Source: an uncultured Actinomycetota bacterium (GTDB lineage Bacteria > Actinomycetota > Actinomycetes > JAFAQI01). Taken from it: a DNA stretch of 64,000 nucleotides. Both the position numbers and the translations under genes were made by a program. The notes under the pieces were generated by a model. It was not told where the DNA came from. It searched no databases and saw only the letters and a list, made by a program, of their open reading frames with translations. Within the stretch, counting starts at the first letter, position 1. The number at the start of each line of letters is the position of its first letter. The stretch spans positions 608,001 to 672,000 of the forward strand of contig CAVYQE010000002.1 of the NCBI GenBank assembly GCA_963770565.1, in the 5' to 3' direction. Below are positions 9,770 through 20,047 of the stretch, one piece after another.

Positions 9770-11413
9770 CTACCTGAGGTGCAGCTTCTCGCGGGTGTTC
9801 GCGCGGCGGCGATCCTTGCGGATCTGCCTGACCACGTTGTGGCCCGGGATGCCGGTCACGCCGCCACCGCCATGGGTCGCCGAGCCGGCTTGGTAGAGCC
9901 CGCGCACCGGGGTGCGCAGATCGGCGTAACCGGCGGCCGGCCGGGTGTGGAACAGCTGCGCGGACGACAGCTCGCCGTGGAAGATGTTGCCGCCGATCAG
10001 GTTGTATTCGTGCTCCATCTGGTACGGCCCGATCACCTGCCGATGCAGGATCGAGTCGGTGAAGCCGGGCGCGACCGCTTCCATCCGCGCGACCACCCGG
10101 TCGGCGTGCGCGTCGAGGTCGTCGAGGTGCGGCTCCGCCGACCACTCGTGCGGCACCCACTGCGTGAACATCGACATCACGTGCTTGCCCTCGGGTGCGA
10201 GCGAGTCGTCGAAGACCGACGGGATGCAGATGTCGGCGAACGGCTTGCTGCTCGGCCGGCCCGCGACCGCTTCCTGGTAAGCGTTTTCGACGTCCTCGAG
10301 CGACTCGGCGAGCACGATCGTGCCGCCGTGGATCTGCGGGTCGTAGTCGGGGTGGCTGGCGAAGACCGGCAGCCGGTCGAGGGCCAGGTTGACCTTCACC
10401 GTGCCCGACCGCGACTTCCATCGCTCGATGTCGCTCACGAAGTCGGCCGGCAGCGCCTCGCGGTCGATCAGCCGGAGGAACGAGATCGCCGGGTGCGTGG
10501 TCGTGACCACGATCGGCGCGTCGAGCTCCTCGCCGCCCTCGAGCACGACACCGGTCACCGCGCCGCTTCGGGTGCAGATCTTGGTGACCGGGGCCGACGT
10601 CCGGACCTCGGCGCCGAACGACCGAGCGGCGGCCGCGAGGGCCGTGCTCACGCCGCCCATCCCGCCGCGTGGGAAGCCCCACGCCCCGACCTGGCCGCCG
10701 CCGATGTCACCGATGTGGTGGTGCGCCATGACGTACGCCGTGCCGGCCGAGCGAGGGCCGGCCCAGGTGCCGATCACGCCGCTGACCGACAGCACGCCCT
10801 TGACCGGATCCGAGGTGAAGTAGTCCTCGAGCAGGTCGGCGATGCTCATCGTGAACAGCCGGGTGGCCTCGACCGCGCGCCGGGTGTCGATACCGCGCAC
10901 ATGCTTGAGCAGCTTGAGCTGCTCGAGCAGATCCTGCGGCTTGCGCGACCCGAGCCTCGGCGGGATCTCGTCGAGCAGCGGCGCGAGCACGCTGGCGAGG
11001 TCGTCGAGCCAGGCGTCGTAGCGGCGCATCGCCTCCGCGTCGGACTTCGAGATCTCGGCCACCTTCTCGTACCTGGTCGACCGGTCGTCGGGCAGCTGGA
11101 GGTAGCCGCCCTCGGCGCGAGGCGCGAAATACGGCCCTTGGGGGAACACGTGGTAGCCGTGACGTTCGAGGTTCAGGTCGCTGACCAGCCGCGGTGGCAG
11201 CAGGCTGACGACGTAGGACAGCGAGGTCACATTGAAGTCCGGTCCGAATGGCTGCTCGGTCACGGCGGCGCCGCCGACGACGTGGCGTGCCTCGCAGACC
11301 ACCGTCCGCAGGCCGTCCCGCGCCAGGTATGCCGCCGCGACCAGCCCGTTGTGACCGCCGCCGACGACGATGGCGTCATAGCTGTTGGGACCGGAACGCT
11401 CTGGCACGGACAA
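9770..11413 (-). CDS. Phytoene desaturase-like FAD-dependent oxidoreductase (PYROXD2-like)
   Basis: VGGGHNGLVAAAYLA, GGMGGVS, GGNIFHGE, GSATHGGGGVTGIPGHN. Confidence 0.88.
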   Translation of the reverse strand: MSVPERSGPNSYDAIVVGGGHNGLVAAAYLARDGLRTVVCEARHVVGGAAVTEQPFGPDFNVTSLSYVVSLLPPRLVSDLNLERHGYHVFPQGPYFAPRAEGGYLQLPDDRSTRYEKVAEISKSDAEAMRRYDAWLDDLASVLAPLLDEIPPRLGSRKPQDLLEQLKLLKHVRGIDTRRAVEATRLFTMSIADLLEDYFTSDPVKGVLSVSGVIGTWAGPRSAGTAYVMAHHHIGDIGGGQVGAWGFPRGGMGGVSTALAAAARSFGAEVRTSAPVTKICTRSGAVTGVVLEGGEELDAPIVVTTTHPAISFLRLIDREALPADFVSDIERWKSRSGTVKVNLALDRLPVFASHPDYDPQIHGGTIVLAESLEDVENAYQEAVAGRPSSKPFADICIPSVFDDSLAPEGKHVMSMFTQWVPHEWSAEPHLDDLDAHADRVVARMEAVAPGFTDSILHRQVIGPYQMEHEYNLIGGNIFHGELSSAQLFHTRPAAGYADLRTPVRGLYQAGSATHGGGGVTGIPGHNVVRQIRKDRRRANTREKLHLR

Positions 11414-11429
11414 CCTCCTGATCGACGCT

Positions 11430-11453
11430 CTTACTGACTCGCTAGTCAGTAAG
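11430..11453. promoter_or_regulatory. Perfect 10-bp inverted repeat, putative TetR operator
   Basis: CTTACTGACT-CGCT-AGTCAGTAAG just upstream of the oxidoreductase operon start. Confidence 0.7.
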
Positions 11454-11610
11454 GATGCCCCGACCGGCCAAAGAAGGAAAGCCGGTCGCCGGACCGGCGC
11501 GCGCGGGTGCGGCCGCGATCGTCCGCGGATGAACGGTCAAGTGTGTCCGGTTTCATGACGATAGTGCCCCTTGATAACCATTCTGGTGACACCGCACGGC
11601 GAGGGGAACG

Positions 11611-12705
11611 ATGTCGGCATCAGCGTGCGCGCTCGGTCACCCGCTCCTCGAATCGCAGCTGCTCTGCCCCGAGTGCGGCCTCGGCCGGCTCCCGTCGGCC
11701 CCCGAACCGCTCGGCACCGCGGCCGCCGACGCGCCCACCCCGGCTCCGGAAGCCGCGCAACCCGCGTCGGCGCCGGAAGCCGCGCCGTACACACCACCCC
11801 CGGCGGCCGCGCCGTACGCGCCACCTCCGGCGGCCATGCAGCTCACGCCACCTTCGGCGGCCACCCGGTACCCACCCCCGTCGGAAGCGGCCCAGTACAC
11901 GCCCGCGCCTGAGCAGCTGCACTACGCGGCAGCCGCCACCGCACCGAGCACGCACTGGGGGCAACCCGCGCTCCCAGCACCGCCGGTGGGCTCGCCGTAC
12001 GGGCATCCCGGCTTCGGCGGACCCGGGTACGCGGGGCCCCCGGTCGGCTACGGCGCTCCGTCGCCTCAGCGTTCGCGGGTGTGGATCGTCGTCGCGGGCG
12101 TCGCCGCCGCCGTCGTGCTAATCGCGGGCGGTGCCGTCTGGTGGACCCACCGCTCGGTCGGGTCCGCGACCGGGAAGGTCCAGGCCGACGGGTCCACCGT
12201 GGTGAACTCGCGCGGGGTCTCGATCACTGCGCCGGCCGGGTGGACGGTCGTGTCGACCACCGCATCAGCACTGGCCAAGGCCGGCGAGTCCGTGGCCCAG
12301 TCGAACCCCCAGCTGGCGGCCGCGATGCAGGGAGTGGCCCACAACAACGACCTGCGATTCTTCGCCTACGGCGCGACGACTCCCGACGGGTTCACGAGCA
12401 ACGCCAACGTGCTGGTCACCAAGACGCCGCTCCCAGTGAGCGCCGCGGCTGCCGCCACGGCCGCCGACCTGGAGAAGGCCGGCGCCAAGCACGTCCACGA
12501 CTCGGGAGTGACCGCCGGTGGCACCGACGCCGTGGAGCTGACGTATCAGCTGCCGCTGCGGCTCACCAACGGCAGCGAGCTCACCATCAACGCCACCCAG
12601 GTCTTCGAGTCCAACGGATCGGAAATCGGCATCCTGACGGTCGGGAGCACTTCGACGGCGGATGGTGGGACCTCGGCCTTGATCAACAGCTTCCGGCTGA
12701 CCTAG
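11611..12705 (+). CDS. Membrane protein: N-terminal zinc-ribbon-like motif, Pro/Ala/Tyr-rich linker, single TM helix, PsbP/DcrB-like outer domain
   Basis: CALGH...CPECG; YTPPP/YAPPP repeats; hydrophobic VWIVVAGVAAAVVLIAGGAVWW; SITAPAGW...INSFRLT. Confidence 0.65.
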   Translation: MSASACALGHPLLESQLLCPECGLGRLPSAPEPLGTAAADAPTPAPEAAQPASAPEAAPYTPPPAAAPYAPPPAAMQLTPPSAATRYPPPSEAAQYTPAPEQLHYAAAATAPSTHWGQPALPAPPVGSPYGHPGFGGPGYAGPPVGYGAPSPQRSRVWIVVAGVAAAVVLIAGGAVWWTHRSVGSATGKVQADGSTVVNSRGVSITAPAGWTVVSTTASALAKAGESVAQSNPQLAAAMQGVAHNNDLRFFAYGATTPDGFTSNANVLVTKTPLPVSAAAAATAADLEKAGAKHVHDSGVTAGGTDAVELTYQLPLRLTNGSELTINATQVFESNGSEIGILTVGSTSTADGGTSALINSFRLT

Positions 12706-12775
12706 CGGTACCAGCAAACGACCGGCGAGCCGCCCGTCATGGCTCCCGGATCGGGCCGGGTACTAGGTTGCCTGG

Positions 12776-14875
12776 ATGAGCGAAGGATCGGAGCCGGCGC
12801 AGCCGCCGGTCGCGAGGCAGGAGCCATCCACCCGCGAACTGCATGGCGTCACGACCACTGATGACTTCGCCTGGATGGGCGCCGACCAGGCCGGACTGCT
12901 CGCCTACCTGCAGGCAGAGCGGCGCTACTACGACGCGATCACGGCTCACAGCGCCCCCCTTCGAGACACCTTGTTCGGCGAGATGTCCCAGCGTGTGCCG
13001 GAGGATGACTCGTCAGTCAGCTCATTGCATGGTGCCTGGTTGTACTACACCCGAACAGTCGAGGCAAAGCAGTATCCACAACTGCTTCGCCACGCTCCCG
13101 GCACCCTGCAGACGGCCGCGGACGTCCTGCTCGATCTCAACGAGCTGGCAGCGGGATCGGACTACCTCGCGGTCGGCGTCCGCGAGGTCAGCCCGGACGG
13201 CACCCTGCTCGCCTACTCCGTCGACACCGACGGCGACGAGGTCTACGAGCTGCGGATCCGCGACCTGACAACGGGCGCGGACCTCGATGACCGGATCCCC
13301 CGCAGCTACTACGGCTGCGCCTGGAGCGCCGACTCGACCGCCGTGCTGTACGTCGTCCACGACCAGGCCTACCGCCCGTTCCAGGTGATGCGGCACCGGA
13401 TCGGGCAGCCGGCGAGGGACGACGTACTCGTGTTCGAGGACCCGGACGAGCGCTTCGACGTGATGCTCCACGCGACCAGGTCGGGGGAGTTCGCGGTCAT
13501 CAGCACCGACAACCGCGACACCTCCGAGATCTGGCTGCTTCGCACCACCGACGTCGACGCCCCTCCCACCGTCGTCGCGACCCGGCGCCCCGGGATCGAA
13601 TACTCGGTCGACCACGTGCCCGGCGCCGACGAGGGCGACCTCTACATCGTGACCAACGACGAGGCAGCCGAGTTCCGGCTGATGCGGGCACCGGTGCACA
13701 CACCGGGCCGGGAGCACTGGGTCGAAGCGCTGGGCGAGAACCCGGCGGAGCGACTCGTGACGGTTGATGCGCTCAGTGGCCACCTGGTGCTGACCCTGCG
13801 CCGCGACGGAATGCAGGTGTTGCGCGTGCTGGACCTGGCGACCGGAGCGGTCCGGGACGAGCCGGCCCAGGTCCCGGCCGGCACGATCACGCTAAGCGCC
13901 AACGACGAGGAGAACGAACCGGTCCGCGACGAATACACCGCCACCGCGGTGACGGCCGTAATCGAGTCACTCATCGAACCGCCGAGCTGGTGGTCGATCG
14001 ACCTGGCGACCGGGAATCGCACGCTGCTGAAGACCCAACCGGTGCCGGGCTACACCAGTTCCGACTATCGCACCGCACGGATCCACGCGGTCGCCGATGA
14101 CGGCGTCGAGGTGCCGGTCACGATTGCCTACCGGGCGGACACGCCGCGGGACGGCACCGCGCCCTGCATGCTCTACGGGTACGGCGCCTATGAGGCCGTG
14201 ATCGACCCGACGTACGACCCGAAGTTCGCCAGCTTGCTCGACCGCGGGCTGGTCTACGGAATCGCGCACATCCGTGGCGGCGGCGAGGGCGGCCGCAACT
14301 GGTGGCAACAAGGCCGGCTGCGCAACAAGCGCACGACCTTCACCGACTTCATCACGGCCGCCGAGATGCTGGCCAAAGAAGGCTGGGTCGACCCGGACCG
14401 GATCGCGACCCGCGGCGCGTCGGCGGGCGGGCTGCTGCAGGGCGCGGTCTACTCGATCGCGCCGAACCGCTGGCGCGCGGTGGTCGCCGAGGTGCCGTTC
14501 GTCGACGTCGTCACCACGATGCTCGACCCGTCGACGCCGCTGACGATCAACGAATGGGACGAGTGGGGAGACCCGCGCAATCCTGAGGACTTCGAATACA
14601 TGCTGTCGTACTCGCCCTACGACAACGTGCCGCTCGGCCCGAGACCCAGCCTGCTGGCGACCGGCAGTTTGCACGACCCGCGGGTGATGATCCGCGAGCC
14701 GGCGAAATGGGTCGCAAAGCTGCGCGCGACGGCGACCGACGACAGCGTCGTACTCTTCCGGCCCGCGCTCGGGAGCGCCTCGCACGGCGGGCCGTCCGGC
14801 CGTTACGACCGGCTGCGCTACCAGGCGGAGGTCCTGGCGTTCGTGCTCGAAGCACTCGAGGCAACCGGAGCCTGA
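12776..14875 (+). CDS. ptrB: Oligopeptidase B (S9A prolyl oligopeptidase family)
   Basis: LYGYGAY, HIRGGGE, GASAGGLL, VPFVDV, EWDEWGDP, YSPYDNV, DPRV, HGGPSGRY. Confidence 0.92.
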   Translation: MSEGSEPAQPPVARQEPSTRELHGVTTTDDFAWMGADQAGLLAYLQAERRYYDAITAHSAPLRDTLFGEMSQRVPEDDSSVSSLHGAWLYYTRTVEAKQYPQLLRHAPGTLQTAADVLLDLNELAAGSDYLAVGVREVSPDGTLLAYSVDTDGDEVYELRIRDLTTGADLDDRIPRSYYGCAWSADSTAVLYVVHDQAYRPFQVMRHRIGQPARDDVLVFEDPDERFDVMLHATRSGEFAVISTDNRDTSEIWLLRTTDVDAPPTVVATRRPGIEYSVDHVPGADEGDLYIVTNDEAAEFRLMRAPVHTPGREHWVEALGENPAERLVTVDALSGHLVLTLRRDGMQVLRVLDLATGAVRDEPAQVPAGTITLSANDEENEPVRDEYTATAVTAVIESLIEPPSWWSIDLATGNRTLLKTQPVPGYTSSDYRTARIHAVADDGVEVPVTIAYRADTPRDGTAPCMLYGYGAYEAVIDPTYDPKFASLLDRGLVYGIAHIRGGGEGGRNWWQQGRLRNKRTTFTDFITAAEMLAKEGWVDPDRIATRGASAGGLLQGAVYSIAPNRWRAVVAEVPFVDVVTTMLDPSTPLTINEWDEWGDPRNPEDFEYMLSYSPYDNVPLGPRPSLLATGSLHDPRVMIREPAKWVAKLRATATDDSVVLFRPALGSASHGGPSGRYDRLRYQAEVLAFVLEALEATGA

Positions 14876-14901
14876 GGCTCCGGCTCGCTAACGTTTCCGT
14901 C

Positions 14902-15663
14902 GTGGGAGTTCTTGACGAGGTCGACCTGACGCTGCGCCTATCCAGCGAGGAAGAAGCGGCGCGGCTCACCGAAGCGCAACGGCGACTGCTCGAGTTGCGG
15001 TTGATCTGCGGCGGCCTCTACGGCGACGCACACAAGTTGGGCCCGCCGGTCTGCGTCGTCTTCGAAGGCTGGGACGCGGGCGGCAAGGGCGGGTGCATCA
15101 AGCGGCTGGTCGCGCCGCTCGACCCGCGGCATGTGCGAGTCGCCGAGTTCGCGGCTCCGACGTACGACGAGAAGCGGCATCACTTCCTCTGGCGGTTCTG
15201 GCCGGCACTGCCGGGGTGGGGCGGCATGGCGGTCTTCGACCGGTCCTGGTACGGCCGGGTGCTGGTCGAGCGGGTCGAGCACTTCGCGTCGGATCACCAA
15301 TGGCAACGGGCGTACGGCGAGATCAACGAGTTCGAACACACCTTGTGCGAGGAAGGCACGGTGCTCGTCAAGTTCTGGCTGCATCTGTCGGAGGACGAGC
15401 AGCTCAAGCGCTTCGAGTCACGGCAGAACGATCCGCTTCGGCGGTGGAAGCTCACCGACGAGGACTGGCGCAACCGCAAGAAGCGGCACTCCTACGAGAA
15501 GGCGGTGGAGGACATGGTCGCGAAGACCTCAACCGACCGGGCGCCGTGGACCATCGTCGAGGCGGAAAACAAGCGCTGGGCCAGGGTCAAAGTGCTCGAC
15601 ACCGTGGTTGCCGCGATGGAGGCGGGCATGAAGGCTCAGGGGCTGAACGTTCCGCACCACTAG
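14902..15663 (+). CDS. ppk2: Polyphosphate kinase 2 family (single domain)
   Basis: FEGWDAGGKGG Walker A, FDRSWYGRVLVERVE, KFWLHLS, WKLTDEDWRNR. Confidence 0.92.
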   Translation: MGVLDEVDLTLRLSSEEEAARLTEAQRRLLELRLICGGLYGDAHKLGPPVCVVFEGWDAGGKGGCIKRLVAPLDPRHVRVAEFAAPTYDEKRHHFLWRFWPALPGWGGMAVFDRSWYGRVLVERVEHFASDHQWQRAYGEINEFEHTLCEEGTVLVKFWLHLSEDEQLKRFESRQNDPLRRWKLTDEDWRNRKKRHSYEKAVEDMVAKTSTDRAPWTIVEAENKRWARVKVLDTVVAAMEAGMKAQGLNVPHH

Positions 15664-15899
15664 GTCGTGGGCGATGAGTGCAGGTGTCGCGTAGTCGACA
15701 TCAGGAACTCGGCCAGGGCCGCGGCCGGGCGAGTCGGCCTGAGGACGAGATCGCCGGTGCAGTTGGGGCAGCGTCCGCCCAGCTCGGTCTCGACACAGTT
15801 CGCGCAGAACGTGCACTCGAAGGTGCAGATTCGGGCATCCGGCGACCCGTTCGGCAAGTCGCGGTCGCACCACTCGCAGTTCGGCCGGATCTCCAACAT
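15660..15899 (-). CDS. DUF1272 family zinc-finger protein
   Basis: MLEIRPNCEWCDRDL...ICTFECTFCANC...CPNCTGDLVLRPTRP. Confidence 0.9.
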   Translation of the reverse strand: MLEIRPNCEWCDRDLPNGSPDARICTFECTFCANCVETELGGRCPNCTGDLVLRPTRPAAALAEFLMSTTRHLHSSPTT

Positions 15900-15916
15900 C
15901 GCGCCATCCTCCCCGA

Positions 15917-16300
15917 TCAGCTGTCCGCGATCTCGACGAGGTAGGAGACGAACACCAGCGAGTCGGGCTCGGCCTCCCAGCCGTCCGCCCGGTCCGCATG
16001 CGACAGGACCGCCGTACCGGGAACCGGATAGCGGGTGTTGTCCTGTTGCCCGGTGCGCGGCGCGAACTCGCAGTGCACGGTCTGGATCGCGGTTACCCGG
16101 CCGACGACGGCCGGACCGTCTTCTGGCAGCTCGCCGTGGTGCTCCTCGGCGTGCGTAATCGACTGGGCGAGCTCGTCACCGAGCACCGAGCGGGCAAAGT
16201 CGCGATCGATCTCGCGCAGCATCCAGGCGACCTGGGACCCGACCTCGAACGACTCGCCGCAGCACTGCATCTGCCACGAGTCAACCCACACCGTCGGCAC
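15917..16300 (-). CDS. Conserved actinobacterial hypothetical protein (DUF6578-like)
   Basis: VWVDSWQMQCCGESFEVGSQVAW...EEHHG...GRVTAI; C-terminal part of ORF 15917..16855. Confidence 0.7.
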   Translation of the reverse strand: MPTVWVDSWQMQCCGESFEVGSQVAWMLREIDRDFARSVLGDELAQSITHAEEHHGELPEDGPAVVGRVTAIQTVHCEFAPRTGQQDNTRYPVPGTAVLSHADRADGWEAEPDSLVFVSYLVEIADS

Positions 16301-16328
16301 CCCGCCATTGTCGACCCAGACGGCTGGA

Positions 16329-16397
16329 CGTTGTTGATCATGGCGAAGAGAGCGCCTGTCGTCGCGATTTCGACGCGCTTTGCCATGATCAACAACG
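16329..16397. repeat. REP-like inverted repeat / hairpin
   Basis: CGTTGTTGATCATGGC ... GCCATGATCAACAACG, 16-bp perfect arms, immediately 3' of the SDR gene. Confidence 0.75.
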
Positions 16398-16407
16398 AAA
16401 TAGCGGG

Positions 16408-17188
16408 TTAGAGCGGCGTGACGTACGCGCCGCTGATGCCGCCGTCGACGAGGAAGGTCGACGCGGTGATGAACGACGAGTCGTCGCTGGCCAGGAAGGT
16501 CACCGCGGCGGCGATCTCCTCCGGCTCGGCGAAGCGACCCATCGGGACGTGCACCAGCCGCCGAGCGGCCCGCTCGGGGTCCTTGGCGAACAGCTCCTTG
16601 CAGCAGCGGCGTGTTGACCGGGCCCGGGCACAGCGCGTTGACCCGGATGCCCTCGCGGGCGAACTGCACGCCCAGCTCCCGGCTCATCGCCAGCACGCCG
16701 CCCTTGCTCGCGGTGTAGGAGATCTGCGACGTCGCCGAGCCCAGCACCGCGACGAACGACGCGGTGTTGATGATCGAGCCGCCGCCGTGCGCGCGCATGT
16801 GCTCGATCGCGTACTTGCAGCACAGGTAGACCGAGGTCAGGTTGACCTCCTGCACCCGGCGCCAGGCGTCGATGCCCGGTGGTCAGGATCGAGTCGTCGT
16901 CGGGCGGCGAGATGCCGGCGTTGTTGAACGCGACGTCGAGCCCGCCGAAGGTCTCGACCGCGGTCGGCGAACAGCGCCGCGCACGTCGTCCTCGGACGTG
17001 ACGTCGACCGCGACGAACAGGCCGCCGACCTCGTCCGCGGCGGCTTGCCCGGCTGCCGGCGTCGACGTCGGCGCAGACGACCTTGGCGCCCTCGGCGGCG
17101 AAGCGGCGGGCGGTCGCCAGGCCGATGCCGCTGCCCGCCCGGTGACGACGGCGACCTTGCCGGCCAGCCGGCCGGACCCTGCTGGCAT
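16408..17188 (-). CDS. Short-chain dehydrogenase/reductase (Rv2857c/SCO1611-like); frameshifted in this assembly
   Basis: Fragments across frames: [49 protein letters not shown], ...AYVTPL. Confidence 0.85.
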
Positions 17189-17213
17189 GTCGTCGCTCCT
17201 TCGCACAGCTGAA

Positions 17214-18600
17214 TCAGGTGGTGGAGATGAAGACGTTCTTGGTCTCGGTGAACGCGAGCGGCGCGTCCGGGCCGAGCTCGCGGCCGAGGCCCGAGGACTT
17301 GAAGCCGCCGAACGGCGTCCAGTAGCGCACCGAGGAGTGCGAGTTGACCGACAGGTTGCCCGCCTCGATGCCGCGGCTGACCCGGATCGCCCGGCCGACG
17401 TCGCGGGTCCAGATCGAGCCGGACAGGCCGAACTCGCTGTCGTTGGCGATCCGGATCGCGTCGGCCTCGTCGTCGAACGGCACGACCGCGACGACCGGCC
17501 CGAAGATCTCCTCGTGCAGCGACGCGGTCGTGCCGGGTCGGTCGGCGCGAGGACGGTCGGCGGGAACCAGAACCCGGCGCCGTCCGGCGCGCTGCCGCGG
17601 AAGGCGACCTGGGCGTCGTCGGGCACGTACGACGGCGACGCGGTCGCGCTGGGCGGCGCTGATCAGCGGCCCCATCTCGGCCGTCTCGTCGGCCGGGTCG
17701 GTGACGACGACGCCGCGCACCGCGGGCTCGAAGCAGCTGCCATGAACTCGTCGTAGGCGCTGCGCTCGACCAGGATCCGCGAGCGCGCGCAGCAGTCCTG
17801 ACCGGCGTTGTCGAACACCGCGTACGGCGCGGTGGCGGCCGCCTGCTCGAGGTCGGCGTCGGCGAAGACGACGTTCGCGCTCTTGCCGCCGAGCTCCAGC
17901 GTCACCGGCTTGATCCGCGCCGCGCACCCGGCCATGACCTGCCGGCCGACCTCGGTCGAGCCGGTGAAGACGATCTTGGCGACGTCGGGAGGGTCGACGA
18001 AGCGCTGCCCGACGACGCTGCCCTTGCCGGGCAGGACCTGGAACACGTCTCGGCGGCAGGCCGGCCTCCAGCGCCAGCTCGGCGAGCCGGATCGCGGTCA
18101 GCGGCGTGAGCTCGGCCGGCTTGAGCACGACCGTGTTGCCGGCCGCGAGGGCCGGGCGCGAAGCCCCACGACGCGATCGGCATCGGGAAGTTCCACGGCA
18201 CGATCACGCCGACGACGCCGAGCGGCTCGTGGAACGTGACGTCGATGCCGTCGGCGACCGGGATCTGCTGGCCGATCAGCCGCTCCGGCGCGCCGGAGTA
18301 GTAGGCGATCACGTCGCGGACGTTGCCGGCCTCCCACCGCGCGTTGCCGATCGTGTGGCCGGAGTTGGCGACCTCGAGCTGGGCCAGGTGCTCGCGGTCG
18401 GCGTCGACGGCCTCGGCGAAGCGGCGCAGCAGCCGGGCCCGGTCGCCGGGCGACGACCTGCGCGCCACGTCGCGAAGGCCCTGCGGCGAGCGGGCGATCG
18501 CCGCGTCGGTGGCTGCGGCGTCGAGCAGCTCGACCGTGGTGACGACCTGCTCGGTCGCCGGGTTGATGACGTCGTACGTCGTGGTCACTGCAGCAGTCAT
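17214..18600 (-). CDS. Aldehyde dehydrogenase (AldC/SCO1612-like); frameshifted
   Basis: VINPATE, IVPWNFP, LKPAELTP, FTGSTEVG, LELGGKS, NAGQDCC, EEIFGPV, PFGGFKSSG in different frames. Confidence 0.9.
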
Positions 18601-18602
18601 CC

Positions 18603-19977
18603 CTACATGCGCTCGAAGCTGCGGACGCGCTCCCAGTCGGTGACCGCCGCGTCGAAGGCCGCGAGCTCGACTGCGGCGGCGTTGGCGTAGTGGTCGACGA
18701 CCTCGTCGCCGAACGCGCTCGCGGGCGATCGCGCTGGCGCTCCAGCAGCTCGCGCCGCCTCGCGCAGCGTGGTCGGCACGCGCGGCGCGTCGGCGGCGTA
18801 GGCGTTGCCGCCGAACGCCGGCTCGAGCGGCAGCTCGTGCTCGACGCCGTGCAGGCCGGCCGCGATCATCGCCGCGACCGCGAGGTAGGGGTTGACGTCG
18901 CCGCCCGGCACCCGGTTCTCGAACCGCAGGCTCGGCCCGTGGCCGACGACCCGCAGCGCGCAGGTGCGGTTGTCGAGGCCCCACATCGACCGCGGTCGGC
19001 GCGAACGAGCCGGGCTGATAGCGCTTGTAGGAGTTGATGTTCGGCGCGAAGAAGTAGCTCAGCTCGCGCAGCGCCGGCGAGCTGCCCGGCCAGGAAGTGC
19101 TCGAACAGCGGCGAGACGCCGCGCGGTCCGGTCGCCGGCGAAGACCGGCTCGCCGTCGGCGGTCGCGCAGCGACAGGTGGATGTGGCAGGAGTTGCCCTC
19201 GCGCTCGTTGTACTTCGCCATGAAGGTCAGCGCCGAGCCCGTGCTGGGCGGCGATCTCCTTGGCGCCGTTCTTGTAGATCACGTGGTTGTCGCAGGTGGT
19301 CAGCGCGTCGGCGTACTTGAAGGCGATCTCGTGCTGGCCGAGGTTGCACTCGCCCTTGGCCGACTCGACCTGCATGCCCGGCGTCGCGCATGCCGAGCCG
19401 GATCGCGCGCAGCAGCGGCTCGACCCGGCTGGTGCCCAGGATCGAGTAGTCGACGTTGTACTGGTTGGACGGCGTCAGGTCGCGGTAGCGCTTGTCCCAC
19501 GCCTGCCTCGTAGCTGTCGTCGAAGACGATGAACTCGAGCTCGGTGCCGACCATACGCGACCCAGCCGCGCTCGGCCAGCCGGTCGAGCTGGCGCCTGCA
19601 GGATCTGGCGCGGCGACTCGACGACCGGCGTGCCGTCGAGCCAGTGCACGTCGGCGAGCAGCATCGCGGTGCCCGGCTGCCACGGCACGCGGCGCAGCGT
19701 CGCCGAAGTCCGGCGCCATCACGAAGTCGCCGTAGCCGCGCTCCCACGACGAGATCGCGTAGCCGTCGACGGTGTTCATCTCGACGTCGACGGCGAGCAG
19801 GTAGTTGCAGCCCTCGGTGCCGTGCGCGCAGCGACGTCGTTCGAGGAAGTACTCCGCGTCGAAGCGCTTGCCCTGCAGCCGGCCCTGCATGTCGACGATG
19901 GCGAGGACGACGGTGTCGATCGCGCCGGTCGGCAACGTCGGCGCGCAGCTCGTCGACGGTCAGCGGTCCACCGGCAT
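18603..19977 (-). CDS. glnA4: Glutamine synthetase-like gamma-glutamylamine synthetase, GlnA4-type; frameshifted
   Basis: DMQGRLQGKR, GTEGCNYLLAVDV, GTELEF, ESAKGECNLGQHEI, EGNSCHIHLS, WGLDNRTC, ENRVPGGDVNPY, VTDWERVRSFERM; adjacent ALDH and SDR as in glnA4 loci. Confidence 0.85.
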
Positions 19978-19997
19978 GGCCGTGCTCCCTCCACTAG

Positions 19998-20018
19998 AAG
20001 GTCTGCTGACCGTACCTT
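19998..20018. promoter_or_regulatory. Putative FadR/GntR operator
   Basis: AAGGTCTGCTGACCGTACCTT, same 21-bp layout as 24101-24121. Confidence 0.6.
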
Positions 20019-20047
20019 CTCGAGGGGTTCGGCGGGAACGGGGGTGA

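Noticed and set aside
15917-16855. SDR-DUF6578 fusion ORF
   Set aside because: Produced by an indel near 16600; the SDR has its own stop at 16408 and a hairpin separates the genes.
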